From assembly GCA_965248695.1 (NCBI GenBank), contig CBDFKD010000002.1, positions 3,488,001-3,552,000 on the forward strand: a stretch of 64,000 bases of DNA, given 5' to 3'. This stretch comes from Acidobacteriota bacterium. GTDB taxonomy: Bacteria; Acidobacteriota; UBA890; WLXD01. The notes under the pieces are model-generated. The model ran no database searches. It was not told the DNA's origin and saw only the letters and a list, made by a program, of their open reading frames with translations. Positions within the stretch are counted from its first letter, which is position 1, and each line of letters begins with the position of its first letter. The translations under genes and the position numbers were made by a program. Below are positions 1 to 10,549 of the stretch, one piece after another.

Positions 1-1390
1 CGGCACTCGGCTGCTGGTGGCGATGGCGCCGCCCGGAACGCCGCGGATCGAGGAAGTCAGCATGGACGCCCGAGTGCTCGCGTTCACCGCGGTAGCCAGC
101 CTGGGCGCAGCGCTCCTGTTCGGATTGCTTCCGGCATTGCGGGCATCGCGAACAGACGTTCAGGCGGCGCTCAAGGAGGGTGGCCGCGGCGGCGACGGCG
201 GCGTCCACGGGCGGCGGCTGCGATCCGCCCTGGTCGTCGTGCAAGTGGCTCTAGCGCTGGTGATGCTGATCGGCGCCGGTCTGCTACTGCGAACATTTCA
301 GCAGCTCAACGCGGTAGATCTCGGCTTTGATCCCGAACGGCTTCTCACTGTCAGCCTCAACCTGCCGGGCTCGCGATACGCCGACGCCGCCGAGCGCAGG
401 ATCTTCTACGAGCAGCTCGAAGGTCGCGTGCGCGCGCTTCCGGGCGTCGAGAGCGCCGGGGCGATCAACTCCCTGCCGTTGGGCGGCAACGACGGCGACG
501 CGGATTTCAACGTCGAGGGAGTAGCAGCCGCCGAGCCGGGCGAGTCACGAGTCGCGTGGATCCGCCGTGTAACACCCGGCTACCTGGATACGATGGGACA
601 GCGTCTCGTCGCCGGTCGGTTCTTCACTGACTCGGACGATGCGCAGGCTTCGCGCGTCGTCATCGTCAACGAGACGCTCGCCGAGCGCTATTTTGCCGAT
701 AGCGACCCGGTGGGCAAGCGCATCTATTTCGGCAGCAGCGACAACCCCAACTACCGCACCATCGTCGGGGTGGCCGGCGACACGAAGCACTTCGGAATAG
801 CGCAGCAGGCGCGCAACGCCATCTACTTCCCGTTCGCGCAGGTGCCAACCGGCTTCATGACGCTGGTCATCCGCACCTCCGGTGACCCGACGGCCATGAC
901 GCCAGCCGTCAGGCGCGAGATTACCGCCGTCGACAGCCTGCTGGCCGCCTCGAGCGTCGGCACCATGAAGGCCGTGGTCGGCGGCTCGCTGGCCGCCGAG
1001 CGCTTCGTGGCAACGCTGATGTCGACCTTCGCGCTCGTCGCGCTCACCCTGGCGCTGGTCGGACTTTATGGAGTGGTTTCGTACGGGGTCAGCCTGCGCC
1101 AGCGCGAGATGGGTGTGCGACTGGCGCTCGGAGCCGGTGGCCGCGACATCGGCCGCATGGTCGTCGGCGGTAGCCTGTCCATGATCGTCGTCGGCGTCGG
1201 CGTCGGGCTGGTCGGCGCGCTGGCTGTCACGCGCCTGCTCGAAGGCCTGCTGTTCGGTGTCCGACCGACCGACCCGGTCACCTTCAGCCTGGTCGTGTTG
1301 GCACTCTTCGTCGCCGGCGGCGGCGCGGCGATCGTTCCGGCACGGCGAGCGGCGCGAGTCGATCCGGTATCGGTGCTCAATCGAGAGTAA
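1..1390 (+). CDS. ABC transporter permease, ADOP/MacB-FtsX duplicated type (5' truncated by window edge)
   Basis: Motifs FGLLPALRAS, LRSALVVVQVALALVMLIGAGLL, GLYGVVSYGVS..QREMGVRLALGA, PARRAARVDP; frame is open to the window start. Confidence 0.92.
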   Translation, partial: GTRLLVAMAPPGTPRIEEVSMDARVLAFTAVASLGAALLFGLLPALRASRTDVQAALKEGGRGGDGGVHGRRLRSALVVVQVALALVMLIGAGLLLRTFQQLNAVDLGFDPERLLTVSLNLPGSRYADAAERRIFYEQLEGRVRALPGVESAGAINSLPLGGNDGDADFNVEGVAAAEPGESRVAWIRRVTPGYLDTMGQRLVAGRFFTDSDDAQASRVVIVNETLAERYFADSDPVGKRIYFGSSDNPNYRTIVGVAGDTKHFGIAQQARNAIYFPFAQVPTGFMTLVIRTSGDPTAMTPAVRREITAVDSLLAASSVGTMKAVVGGSLAAERFVATLMSTFALVALTLALVGLYGVVSYGVSLRQREMGVRLALGAGGRDIGRMVVGGSLSMIVVGVGVGLVGALAVTRLLEGLLFGVRPTDPVTFSLVVLALFVAGGGAAIVPARRAARVDPVSVLNRE

Positions 1391-1481
1391 GCCTGACCGA
1401 TCGAGAGTAGTCTGTGCCGATTCGGAAGGACTCCCGTGGTCGCCGTCGTCCTGTGCACGCCGCTGGTCGCCGCGCCGCGAC

Positions 1482-2981
1482 TCAGCTGCTGACCGTCTTC
1501 AGCATGCGATACCAGAACTCGACCGCATCGTGGAACTCGTCCACACCGACGCGCTCGTCGAGACCGTGGGCGCGAACGTCACCCGGAGCGCTGAAGATCG
1601 CGCCCAACGCATAAACCGGAATGCCCGCATTGCGGACGAAGAGCCCGTCGGTGGCGCCGGTTCCCATGTTCGGGATCACCGGTGTTCCGGGCCACATCTC
1701 CTGCACGATGGCCTCGATCGGCGCCATCAGGTCCACGTCCCAAGGGGACGGTTCGCTCGGCGTCGCAACGCCGGTCGGACGAATCGATACACCCTCGTCA
1801 TCGATCACCTGGCGCAGCGCCGCTTCGGTCTCCTCGGGCGTTTGCCCCGGCAGGATGCGGCAGTTGACCGTCGCCTTGGCGTTGCGTGGCAGCGCGTTCT
1901 CGGCGTGCCCGCCGCTCAGCATGGTGGCTACACAAGTCGTACGCAGCGTGGCATTGAAGAAGGGTCCCGACGAGGCCAACCTACGCGCCGCGTCGTCGTC
2001 CGGCGAGTCGCCGGCAACGGCAAGCATCAACGCTCCTGTGTCTCCGTGCTGAAACTCCGCCGAACGCTCCAGGAACAGCCGCGTGCCGTCGTTGAGCTCC
2101 GTCGGAAAGGCGTGGCTCTCGATCCGACCGAGGGCGGCAACCAGCTGGTAGATGGCATTGTCGGGACGCGGCAGCGAGCTGTGCCCGCCCGGGTTGGCAG
2201 CCTCCAACTCGTAGCTTTGGTAGAGCTTCTCGCTCGTCTGCACCATGAACATCTGCGGCTCACCGTTGGGGTCGTAGACGCCGCCTCCGGAATCCGTGTT
2301 CAACGCCAGCTCGGCATCGACCAGATCTCGGCGCTCGTTTACCAGGTAGTTAATGCCACCGCCGCTGGTCTCCTCATCGCCAGTGAGCACCATGATCAGG
2401 TCACGGTCGGGCTCGTAGCCCTCGGCGCGAAGCCGGATGAAGTTGGTCACCAGCGTCGTCGCGCCGGCCTTGTTGTCGCTCGTGCCGCGACCGTAGTAGT
2501 AACCGTCGTCCTCGAGGAACTCGTACGGATGCAGTTGCCAGGCATCCGGCTCCGCATCGACTACGTCGACGTGGGCCATCAACATCACCGGCTGACGCGC
2601 GCCGGTGCCCCGGTAACGCACGACGAGGTTGAGGATATCACCGGGGCTCTCCACAAGGGTCATGTCGCCGGCATCAAACCCGGCAGCCGCGAGTCGCCCC
2701 ACTACCGCCGCGAGCAGGGCCGCGGTCTCGTCGGTGGCCGCCGAGGCCGAACGGAACTCGACCATCTCGCGGAGTATGTCGGCCGCCAGCTGCCGATATC
2801 GACCGGGCTGGCCGACAGAGCTCAGCGGAACGGTGGAACCCGGAACAGTGGCTTCCAATCCCGGAGCGCCAGATTCCGGGCCGCCCGCCCGGGCAATGGC
2901 CACACCGGGGCGCGGAACAACGCCGGTGCTCGACAGAATCACGGCTACGAACACTGCGACAAGGTGCTCACGACGACTCAT
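1482..2981 (-). CDS. Exported M20/M25/M40 metallopeptidase
   Basis: Signal-like N-terminus; AHVDVV, GRGTSDNK, GDEET, GGHSS, AHGLDER motifs. Confidence 0.92.
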   Translation of the reverse strand: MSRREHLVAVFVAVILSSTGVVPRPGVAIARAGGPESGAPGLEATVPGSTVPLSSVGQPGRYRQLAADILREMVEFRSASAATDETAALLAAVVGRLAAAGFDAGDMTLVESPGDILNLVVRYRGTGARQPVMLMAHVDVVDAEPDAWQLHPYEFLEDDGYYYGRGTSDNKAGATTLVTNFIRLRAEGYEPDRDLIMVLTGDEETSGGGINYLVNERRDLVDAELALNTDSGGGVYDPNGEPQMFMVQTSEKLYQSYELEAANPGGHSSLPRPDNAIYQLVAALGRIESHAFPTELNDGTRLFLERSAEFQHGDTGALMLAVAGDSPDDDAARRLASSGPFFNATLRTTCVATMLSGGHAENALPRNAKATVNCRILPGQTPEETEAALRQVIDDEGVSIRPTGVATPSEPSPWDVDLMAPIEAIVQEMWPGTPVIPNMGTGATDGLFVRNAGIPVYALGAIFSAPGDVRAHGLDERVGVDEFHDAVEFWYRMLKTVSS

Positions 2982-3063
2982 GGTAGTGATCTCCTGGATC
3001 GTGCGGGGGTGACACTTTCTGCCTCCGAGCTGATTCGTAGCCGGTGGGGTCGTGAGACATCGG

Positions 3064-4512
3064 TCATCGCGGGCGCAGCGGGTCAGCGATCACGCTGGCA
3101 CTGATCTGACGCAGCTGCGCCGCCAGTCTGGCAACGACCTCCGGACGTTCGGTAGCCCGATCGAATAGCTCGAAGCGGTCGGTACCGAGGTCGTACAACC
3201 GGGGGCTCCCGAACGCCTGGTCAATGAGCAGCTTCCAATCGCCGTCGCGCAACGCAAAGTGGAACCCCTGCTCGTCATCGAACTCCCAGTACAGGGGCCG
3301 GGACCGCTCCCAGGTCTCGCCGCCGAGCAGCGCAGACATGTCCTCGCCGTCGATGGGACGATCTGCCGGAACATCGAATCCGACCAGTGCCGCCAGCGTC
3401 GGCAAGAGATCGTAGCCGCTCACGGCCGCATCGCTGACCCCGCCCGGAGTCACCGTTCCCGGCCAACGAACGATGGCCGGCACACGAATGCCGCCCTCGA
3501 ACAGCTCGTGCTTGCGGCCGCGCAGCCCGGCGGTGTCGCCATAGAGGTTGACCTCCCACCAGCGGCGCCAATCCGTTGTTACGGGTCCGTTGTCGGAGGC
3601 AAAGAACACCAACGTATCGTCGCGCAGACCGAGCTCATCCACACGCTTCAGCAGACGCCCGATCTGGTGGTCCATGTACGTGATGTTGGCGTAGTACTCG
3701 CCTGGTCCGCGCGCCGCCAGATTGTCGGGCGGCGCCGGCAGACCGTTCTCCAACGGGTCCGGGTGGCCGTCGGTGTACGCGTCATACAGCGCGTTGAACT
3801 CGGGAGGGTTGGCGATCGTCGCATGCGGCTCGATCATCGGCACGTATAAGAAAAATGGCCGCTGCGGATCGCGTTGGTGCAGCCACTCGATGGCCTCGTC
3901 AACCACTATGTCGGCTGTGAACCCCTGTACCTCGCCGAGCGCCACACCGTTGCGGTAGAAGTTGCGCGGATTGCGGTTGTGGGGCACCGGAAAGGCGTGC
4001 AATGCGAGCCAGTGGTCGAATCCGTGATCGTCCGGCTGCGTATGCTCGACGACCTCCATACCACCGTTCAGATGCCACTTGCCGGCCATCGCCGTCTGGT
4101 AACCGGCGCCACGCATGAGGGTCGCGATAGTCACCTCCCGAGCCCCGAGCTGGACGTCGGTGCCGGGCGGAATCCAGCTCTGGATCCCGGTGCGGAACGG
4201 GGTCCTGCCGGTTAGCAGACCGGCGCGCGACGGCGAGCAGAGCGCCGAGGGGGCGTAGTAGGAGGTGAAGCGCATTCCCTCGCTCGCTAGGCGGTCAAGA
4301 CTCAGCGTCTGCACGGTGTGGTGCCCATACACACCCAGATCGCCGTAGCCGAGATCGTCGGCGTAAATGACCAGGACGTTCGGGCGCTCGTCGACAGCCG
4401 GCGTCGCCACGATCCCGACGAGCGTGGGGGCAGTGACGAGCACGAGGGCGGCTAGACGAGTCAACAGAATCCTCCCTGGGGGTCGGCGCCACGTCGTGCG
4501 AGACGCCACCAC
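3064..4512 (-). CDS. Arylsulfatase-family sulfatase (formylglycine-dependent), exported
   Basis: PNVLVIYADDLGYGD, CSPSRAGLLTGR (CxPxR), GKWHL, SDNG, FEGGIRVP. Confidence 0.95.
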   Translation of the reverse strand: MVASRTTWRRPPGRILLTRLAALVLVTAPTLVGIVATPAVDERPNVLVIYADDLGYGDLGVYGHHTVQTLSLDRLASEGMRFTSYYAPSALCSPSRAGLLTGRTPFRTGIQSWIPPGTDVQLGAREVTIATLMRGAGYQTAMAGKWHLNGGMEVVEHTQPDDHGFDHWLALHAFPVPHNRNPRNFYRNGVALGEVQGFTADIVVDEAIEWLHQRDPQRPFFLYVPMIEPHATIANPPEFNALYDAYTDGHPDPLENGLPAPPDNLAARGPGEYYANITYMDHQIGRLLKRVDELGLRDDTLVFFASDNGPVTTDWRRWWEVNLYGDTAGLRGRKHELFEGGIRVPAIVRWPGTVTPGGVSDAAVSGYDLLPTLAALVGFDVPADRPIDGEDMSALLGGETWERSRPLYWEFDDEQGFHFALRDGDWKLLIDQAFGSPRLYDLGTDRFELFDRATERPEVVARLAAQLRQISASVIADPLRPR

Positions 4513-4697
4513 GGCGGCCCGATGCAGGCCCCGGATCGGCTGCGCGGACCGATTCTAACCGCTGCGTCCTTCCCACCGATGGCTACGCCCACCGTGCACT
4601 TCTCGTCGAGGGCCGAACGTTTCGGGTTGCCTGGCGGGTCCGCCGCTGCGTAGCTTCGATCATAGTTATCGATCACTCCACCATCCCGATATGTCCT

Positions 4698-6528
4698 ATG
4701 AGCTGTTTTTTCGTTGTCTGCGCGCCAGCAGATCGTCAGGAGGCCGCCTCCGAGGCGTTCGCCCTCGGTCTGCACAACGCTCGCGAGCTGCTCGGATCCA
4801 GCCCGCGACATGTCTTCCGTGGCGAAGGGATGCTGGCGGCAACGTTCGGTCGCCGCGACGGCAGCGGCGGTGAGATGGCCTTCGACGCGGACGGGTCCGG
4901 CTGCCTGCTGGGCTCGGGCACTTGGTTTCACCGCGGCCGGGCGACCGACGAGGCGGGGTTGCTTGACCGGCTGCGCCAGATCGGTCACACGGCGTTGGCG
5001 CGCGAGCTCGACGGCACGTTCGTGGTCGTTGATCTGGACGTACGCGAGTGTAGTGTGACGGCGTTCACCGACATCCTCGGGACCGGTCGTTGCTACGTCC
5101 GCGAGCTCGAGAGCGGCGCCGTCGCCCTGAGCGGGTCGTCACTGCTTCTGGCCTCCTTGGCACCCGTCCAGCTGGATCCCGTCGGCACGCAAGAGTTCTT
5201 GTTCATCGGCGACATCTACGAACAACGGACGCTGTTCCGCGACATCGAGAAACTCGGCCCTGCCGGGAGCGTAGTGGTGATCGGCAACGAGGTCGAACGA
5301 CCGGCGCGCTACTGGAGTGTGGCCGAGCTGGAGCCCGACTCGTTGACCGGAAACGCGGCGCTGGAGAGGCTGAGTGAGTCGCTTCAGGGCGCCGCTGGAC
5401 AAATCGAGCGCCGCTTCGCCAGCCCGATCTGCGACCTCACCGGCGGCTACGACTCACGCACGGTAGTTTCGCAGTTCCTCAGCGCCGGCGTCGGGTGTAC
5501 GGCGACGGTGACCGGCCCCCCGGGCGATTCCGAGGTGGCGACGTCTCAGGCGTTGGCCGACGCCGCCAACCTCGAACTGGCGCTCGTACGGCCGCGTTCC
5601 GAGATCACCTTCGACAGGATCGCAGAGACCTTGCGCTGGACCGACGGCGAGTACGACATGCTGTCATTCCGACGCATCTTCGACGTGCACCTGCAGCTCT
5701 CCGGCAGATTCGATGTCAGCGTCAACGGCTCGTGCGGCGAGCTGGCGCGCGGCTATCGATATGAGCTCGTGCGGCCCGGCCTCGGCGCACGGCGACCACT
5801 GGACGCGAAACGGGCAGCTCAACGCCGGTTCGGGGCCGAGGTACACGACGCCTCGATCGTACGGCCCGAACATCGCATCGATCTTGTCGAGCATGTGACC
5901 GACCTGGTGGAACGCCTGGTCACGCCGCTGCACGATCGTCCCAACTACTTCCAGCTCGACCACGCGTTCAACGAGCTCATCATGGCCGGCTGGCACGGCC
6001 GGATAGCCGCGAGCACCGATCGCATTCGTCCGCTAGCGTCGCCGTTCGTCTTCCGGCCGGTGGTCGAGTCGCTCATGGCGACGCGCGGCACCGATCGGGT
6101 CCGCAACCTGCTGGTCCGTCGATTGCTCCGCGGCACACGAGCCGCGCTGGGCTGGGATTCCGTTGTCCGACGGCCGCCCGCCGGCGCCGCTAGACGCTCG
6201 CAACCTGCACATGCTGTGGCCTCTGGCCTGCAACGTCGGACGTCGCATAGGGCGTCGGATGGGATGGGCGACTGACGGCGTCGACGATACCCAGTCGAAC
6301 ACCGGGTGGCGACGGCAGCTCTGGCAGGAGGAGTCGGTTGCGCAGCTGTTCGACACCAACAGCCTGAGCTCGACGGAGTTCCTTGACCCGGAAGCGTTGC
6401 GCAGCTTCCTCGAGCGCTCGCGCACGGATGCGTTCCAAACCCACGACCAGTGGTCGCGCGTATTGACGCTGGAATACACGCTCCAGAGGCTCGCCGCATG
6501 CCGGCAGAGCCTGCGGACCGCGGCCTGA
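4698..6528 (+). CDS. Asparagine synthase-like (Ntn + ATP-pyrophosphatase) protein, frameshifted near 6128
   Basis: LDGTFVVV, TDILG, DLTGGYDSR PP-loop, NGSCGELARG. ORF 4698-6275 continues in the frame of ORF 6163-6528; removing one C at 6128-6129 gives RRLLAAHEPRWAGIPLSDGRP...WSRVLTLE. Confidence 0.75.
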
Positions 6529-6641
6529 CCACCGGGCACGCGACGTTGGCGCCAACCCGCCATTGGCGCGCTCACGTCCCTACCGCAGGCCTGACCGCGC
6601 GCTAGCTGTACCCTGGCAACGCCGTGAGCTAGGGTGCGCAA

Positions 6642-8360
6642 ATGAGCCTCGGATTTCAGGCGGCCCTTGCCGTCCTACCGATTCTGCTAGCTGGCGTTCT
6701 GCTGGTTGGATTCCGAGTGCCGGCAAGAAAGGCGATGCCCGCCGTCTATCTCGCCGCCGTGGTTATCGCCGTCGGTCCCTGGGGCGTCGCCCCGGTTCGG
6801 ATCGTCGCTTCCACCATCCAGGGACTGTTCCTCACTTTCGACCTGCTGTGGATCATCTTCGGCGCCATCCTGCTGCTCAACACGCTGGAGGAATCAGGCG
6901 GCGTGGCAGCGATTCGACGCTCGTTCGGTGCCCTCAGCAGCGATCGACGCGTGCAGGTGGTGATCATCGCCTGGCTGTTCGGGTCATTCATCGAGGGCGC
7001 GGCAGGGTTCGGCACACCAGCGGCGGTGGCGGCGCCTCTGCTGGTGGCGATGGGCTTCCCCGCCGCCGCGGCCGTGGTCATCGGCATGATGATCCAGAGC
7101 ACGGCGGTCACGTTCGGCGCGGCCGGTACGCCGATCCTCGTCGGGGTGGCCGGCGGCGTCGCCAGCTCGGCATTCGATGCCCGTCTGGCCGCTTCCGGCA
7201 TCGATCTCGGCCAGTACGTGAACCTGGTTGCGGTTCGATCGGCCTATCTCCACGCCGTCGCCGGCACGCTGATGCCGACGCTCATGGTGATGGTCATGAC
7301 GCGCTTCTTCGGCGCGCGCCGGTCATGGACCGAAGGCCTATCGGTGCTGCCGCTGACGCTGTTCGGCGGCCTCGCGTTCACGATCCCGTATGTCGGCGCT
7401 GCAACCCTGCTAGGGCCGGAGTTCCCCTCGTTGCTCGGCGCGCCTATCGGGCTGGCGATCGTCGTCACCGTAGTTCGACGTGGCTGGCTCATCCCCGCCG
7501 ATCATTGGGACTTTCCGTCACCCAGAGACTGGCCGAGCGACTGGGTCAGCGGCATGGAGGTCACCGGCGATAGTCGGCTTGACGACAACGCCACGACCGG
7601 GAAGACGATCGGCGTGCTGAGCGCCTGGCTCCCCTACGGTGCGGTGGCCGCGATGCTGGTGCTCACGCGGCTGCCGGGGCTCCCGCTGGGTGGTTGGCTG
7701 CGCAGCGTCCGTTTCACATGGGACGGAATCCTCGGCACCGATATCACCGCCGCGACGACCCCCCTGTACCTACCGGGTACCGTGCTGATGGCCGCTGCAG
7801 CCCTGGCGTTCTTCCTTCATCGCATGCGCGTCACCGAGCTCCGACGGGCGGCGACCCGCTCGGCCAGCGTTCTGCTCAGCGCCGGCTTCGTGCTCGTGTT
7901 CACCGTTCCCATGGTGCGCGTCTACATCAACTCCGGCGCCAACAGCGGTGGTTACCTGGGTATGCCGATCGCCCTGGCCGAATGGGTGGCCACCAACGTC
8001 GGCGCCAGCTGGCCCGCGTTCGCCGGCGTCACCGGCGCCCTCGGGGCGTTCATCGCTGGCTCGAACACGGTGAGCAACCTCATGTTCTCCGCCTTCCAGT
8101 ACGGCGTCGCCGAGCGCCTGGCACTGTCGAGCGCCCTGATCGTCGCCCTCCAGGCCGTGGGCGCCGCGGCCGGCAACATGATCGCCATCCACAACGTAGT
8201 CGCTGCGTCAGCCACCGTCGGCCTCCTCGGCCAAGAAGGTTCGACGCTGCGCAAGACGATCCTGCCGACCCTCTACTACCTCACCGTGATCGGCGTGCTC
8301 GGCCTGCTGGCGGCGTACGTCCTTGGCGTCAGCGACCCGCTACTCCGTGCCGGCGGCTAG
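6642..8360 (+). CDS. lctP: L-lactate permease
   Basis: Polytopic membrane protein; [47 protein letters not shown]. Confidence 0.93.
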   Translation: MSLGFQAALAVLPILLAGVLLVGFRVPARKAMPAVYLAAVVIAVGPWGVAPVRIVASTIQGLFLTFDLLWIIFGAILLLNTLEESGGVAAIRRSFGALSSDRRVQVVIIAWLFGSFIEGAAGFGTPAAVAAPLLVAMGFPAAAAVVIGMMIQSTAVTFGAAGTPILVGVAGGVASSAFDARLAASGIDLGQYVNLVAVRSAYLHAVAGTLMPTLMVMVMTRFFGARRSWTEGLSVLPLTLFGGLAFTIPYVGAATLLGPEFPSLLGAPIGLAIVVTVVRRGWLIPADHWDFPSPRDWPSDWVSGMEVTGDSRLDDNATTGKTIGVLSAWLPYGAVAAMLVLTRLPGLPLGGWLRSVRFTWDGILGTDITAATTPLYLPGTVLMAAAALAFFLHRMRVTELRRAATRSASVLLSAGFVLVFTVPMVRVYINSGANSGGYLGMPIALAEWVATNVGASWPAFAGVTGALGAFIAGSNTVSNLMFSAFQYGVAERLALSSALIVALQAVGAAAGNMIAIHNVVAASATVGLLGQEGSTLRKTILPTLYYLTVIGVLGLLAAYVLGVSDPLLRAGG

Positions 8361-8381
8361 TCAAGGCGACGGAGCCGCCCG

Positions 8382-10007
8382 CTACTGCAGTTGAAACTGC
8401 ACAGTTACGACAAGCCGCACTTTCACTGGCTTGCCGTCGATGATGACCTGCGTGTAGCGCCACTCTCGCATCGCATCCCGCGCCGCGTCGTCGAGTAGCG
8501 GATGGACGCCTCGGAGTACCGCGCTGCGCTCCAAGCGGCCTTCAAGCCCGAGCACTCCCTCGAGAATCACGGTCCCTTGGATGCGATCGTCCCTGGCTTG
8601 CTTCGGGTAACTGGGCGCGACGTACAAGATGCGCTCGGGTGCCGGCAGGTCGCCACCGACCGACTTGACCTCCCTGACGACCAGACGTTGCCGGCCATCG
8701 AGTTCGAACCAGAGCTGCTCGGACCGCGCTAGGGTCGCCAGCGCACTTGCCACCGTGCTGTTGCGAACCGCCAAGGTGGTCACGCGATCATCGGGCAGGT
8801 GTGACCGGTCGAGCTCGAAACCTCCCACGCCGGCAAGCCCGCCAAGGACTCGGCTAAGCCTGACGTTGGCTAGATCGATATCGGCGCGACGGTTACCGCC
8901 ACGAAGCGCCAGGAGGTGCGGGAAATCTGTCGCGAGATCGACCTGGGTGGCAAGCAGCCGAGCCTGAGCGCGACTTGCGTCGCCCGAAGCAGACTCCTGC
9001 GGCGCACCAGACACCCCAGCAACGCTGGAGACGGTAAACAGGCAGCCGGCCAAGGCCACCGCGACGCGGTGCTTTCTCATGACGGTGGTTCTCCCTACGC
9101 TTTGTAGGTGCCGAAGTCGCGTCTTGAATACCGACTTGCTCGCCACCAGCGCGAGCTCGCCGCTTCCGTGGAGGAAACCGAAACGCAGCGTGCGCGCCAG
9201 TGTCCGGGCGTACGTGCGCGCGTCAACGCCGGCGTGCACGACGGCTTCGTCGCACGCCAACTCAGCGGCGCGATGGAGTCTGACCAGCACCAGCCACGCT
9301 ACCGGAAAGAAATAGAGGGGCACGAGCGCCAGCAGCGCCACCATCCGCTGCGGCGGGTGACCGAGCCGTCGGTGGGCATCCTCGTGCGCCAAGATCGCGC
9401 TCAGCTGATCCTCGCTGAGCGCGCGGCACAGCGCCCGCGGCAGCAGGATCCGGGTCCGCCGGACACCGACCAGGCAAGGCATGATCGGCTGATCGACGAG
9501 CTCGATCAGAGCCGGATCGATTCCGTGTCGTCGGGCCGCACGCGCCACCGCCGATGGGGCCGGCGCCGACGCCCGATGGGCCACTTGGCGCAGCAGCGCT
9601 GACCGACGACGCCAGAACGTCAGTGCGACTACGAGCGCGCCAAGCAGCCACGCCAGCGTCAGGAGTTGATAGGCAACGCCATCAACCGGTGCACCAGACA
9701 CGGACGCTTTGCTCAGCAGTTCCGGTTCGAAGACGGCGCGCAGGCCGCGCACCGCGGTGGTCACCGTGACGCTCGCCACCGCCGGCCGCAGGGGGGCAAG
9801 CAGGGCTCCCGCGAGCGGCGTCAGCAGCGCCGCCGGCAGAATCAGCTTCAACAGGCCGACCCACCAGAGGTAGCCGTGAAACCGGGCCGGCGCACCACGC
9901 AGCAGACGGCCGAGCAGGACAAGCAGCCCGACGACGAGCGTGCTTTGCCACAGATGAATGGCGAACGCGCCCCAGAACGCTTGGTAGTCGAGCTCCAACA
10001 GGCTCAT
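8382..10007 (-). CDS. BlaR1-like M56 metallopeptidase fused to a C-terminal TonB domain
   Basis: HLWQST, ILAHEDAH, ELACDEAV; C-terminal PSYPKQARDDRIQGTVILE...LDDAARDAMREWRY. Confidence 0.9.
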   Translation of the reverse strand: MSLLELDYQAFWGAFAIHLWQSTLVVGLLVLLGRLLRGAPARFHGYLWWVGLLKLILPAALLTPLAGALLAPLRPAVASVTVTTAVRGLRAVFEPELLSKASVSGAPVDGVAYQLLTLAWLLGALVVALTFWRRRSALLRQVAHRASAPAPSAVARAARRHGIDPALIELVDQPIMPCLVGVRRTRILLPRALCRALSEDQLSAILAHEDAHRRLGHPPQRMVALLALVPLYFFPVAWLVLVRLHRAAELACDEAVVHAGVDARTYARTLARTLRFGFLHGSGELALVASKSVFKTRLRHLQSVGRTTVMRKHRVAVALAGCLFTVSSVAGVSGAPQESASGDASRAQARLLATQVDLATDFPHLLALRGGNRRADIDLANVRLSRVLGGLAGVGGFELDRSHLPDDRVTTLAVRNSTVASALATLARSEQLWFELDGRQRLVVREVKSVGGDLPAPERILYVAPSYPKQARDDRIQGTVILEGVLGLEGRLERSAVLRGVHPLLDDAARDAMREWRYTQVIIDGKPVKVRLVVTVQFQLQ

Positions 10008-10399
10008 GATCCGGACTCCCGGTCGGGTGACTCGTCGCTGGCGAGCTGCCTCTCGATCTCACGCAGGTCATCCAAATCCAGCGCCCGCATCTGTGCCAGA
10101 TGGCTCAGCAACGGGGCCGCCGCCCCGTCGAACAACGAATCGAGTAGCCGCGCGATCTCCTTGCGGATCATCGCCGGCCCGCTAACCGAAGGCCGATACA
10201 CTACCGAGCGGCCCGACTTGCCGACGCGCTCAATGGCCCCCTTGGTCTCCAGGCGCTCGAAGATCTTGCGCACGGTGGAGTACGAGGGTGGGTCGTCGAG
10301 CAGCGCGTGGACCGCACCGGCGGAAGCCTCCCCGCTCTGCCAAAGCAACCGCAGGCACTGCAGCTCGAACCTCGACAAGTCCGGCAGCTTCTTCGCCAT
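10004..10399 (-). CDS. BlaI/MecI/CopY family transcriptional repressor
   Basis: LSRFELQCLRLLW, SYSTVRKIFERLETKG, LLDSLFDG; GGAGGGGGAG RBS before ATG 10399; overlaps the M56 gene start (ATGA). Confidence 0.93.
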   Translation of the reverse strand: MAKKLPDLSRFELQCLRLLWQSGEASAGAVHALLDDPPSYSTVRKIFERLETKGAIERVGKSGRSVVYRPSVSGPAMIRKEIARLLDSLFDGAAAPLLSHLAQMRALDLDDLREIERQLASDESPDRESGS

Positions 10400-10419
10400 C
10401 TCCCCCTCCGTTACGAACG

Positions 10420-10466
10420 GCGACAGTTGTCGCACTTAAAGTGCAGCATTTGTCGCACATTGTCAA
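10420..10466 (-). promoter_or_regulatory. Putative BlaI-type operators and sigma70 -35 of the blaI-M56 operon
   Basis: Perfect palindrome GCGACA-GT-TGTCGC (10420-10433), imperfect copy TGCAGCA-TT-TGTCGCA (10442-10457), TTGACA on the minus strand (10461-10466). Confidence 0.7.
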
Positions 10467-10549
10467 GAAGGCAAGGCTCCTCGCCCGTGATACTCACCCC
10501 GTCGTTCTGTTACCTTCGGCGCCATTGACAGAATTCAAGGAGGAGCTCC

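Noticed and set aside
1380-1421. Short imperfect direct repeat ATCGAGAGTA..CTG..CCGAT at the permease stop
   Set aside because: Only two degenerate copies and no associated element; not a CRISPR or a supportable att site
1257-3104. 615-aa plus-strand ORF and many similar long overlapping ORFs (e.g. 14265-15704, 25927-27480, 34200-35363, 56733-58040)
   Set aside because: Antisense or shifted shadows of well-supported genes; Arg/Ala/Gly-rich with no motifs, as expected in high-GC DNA
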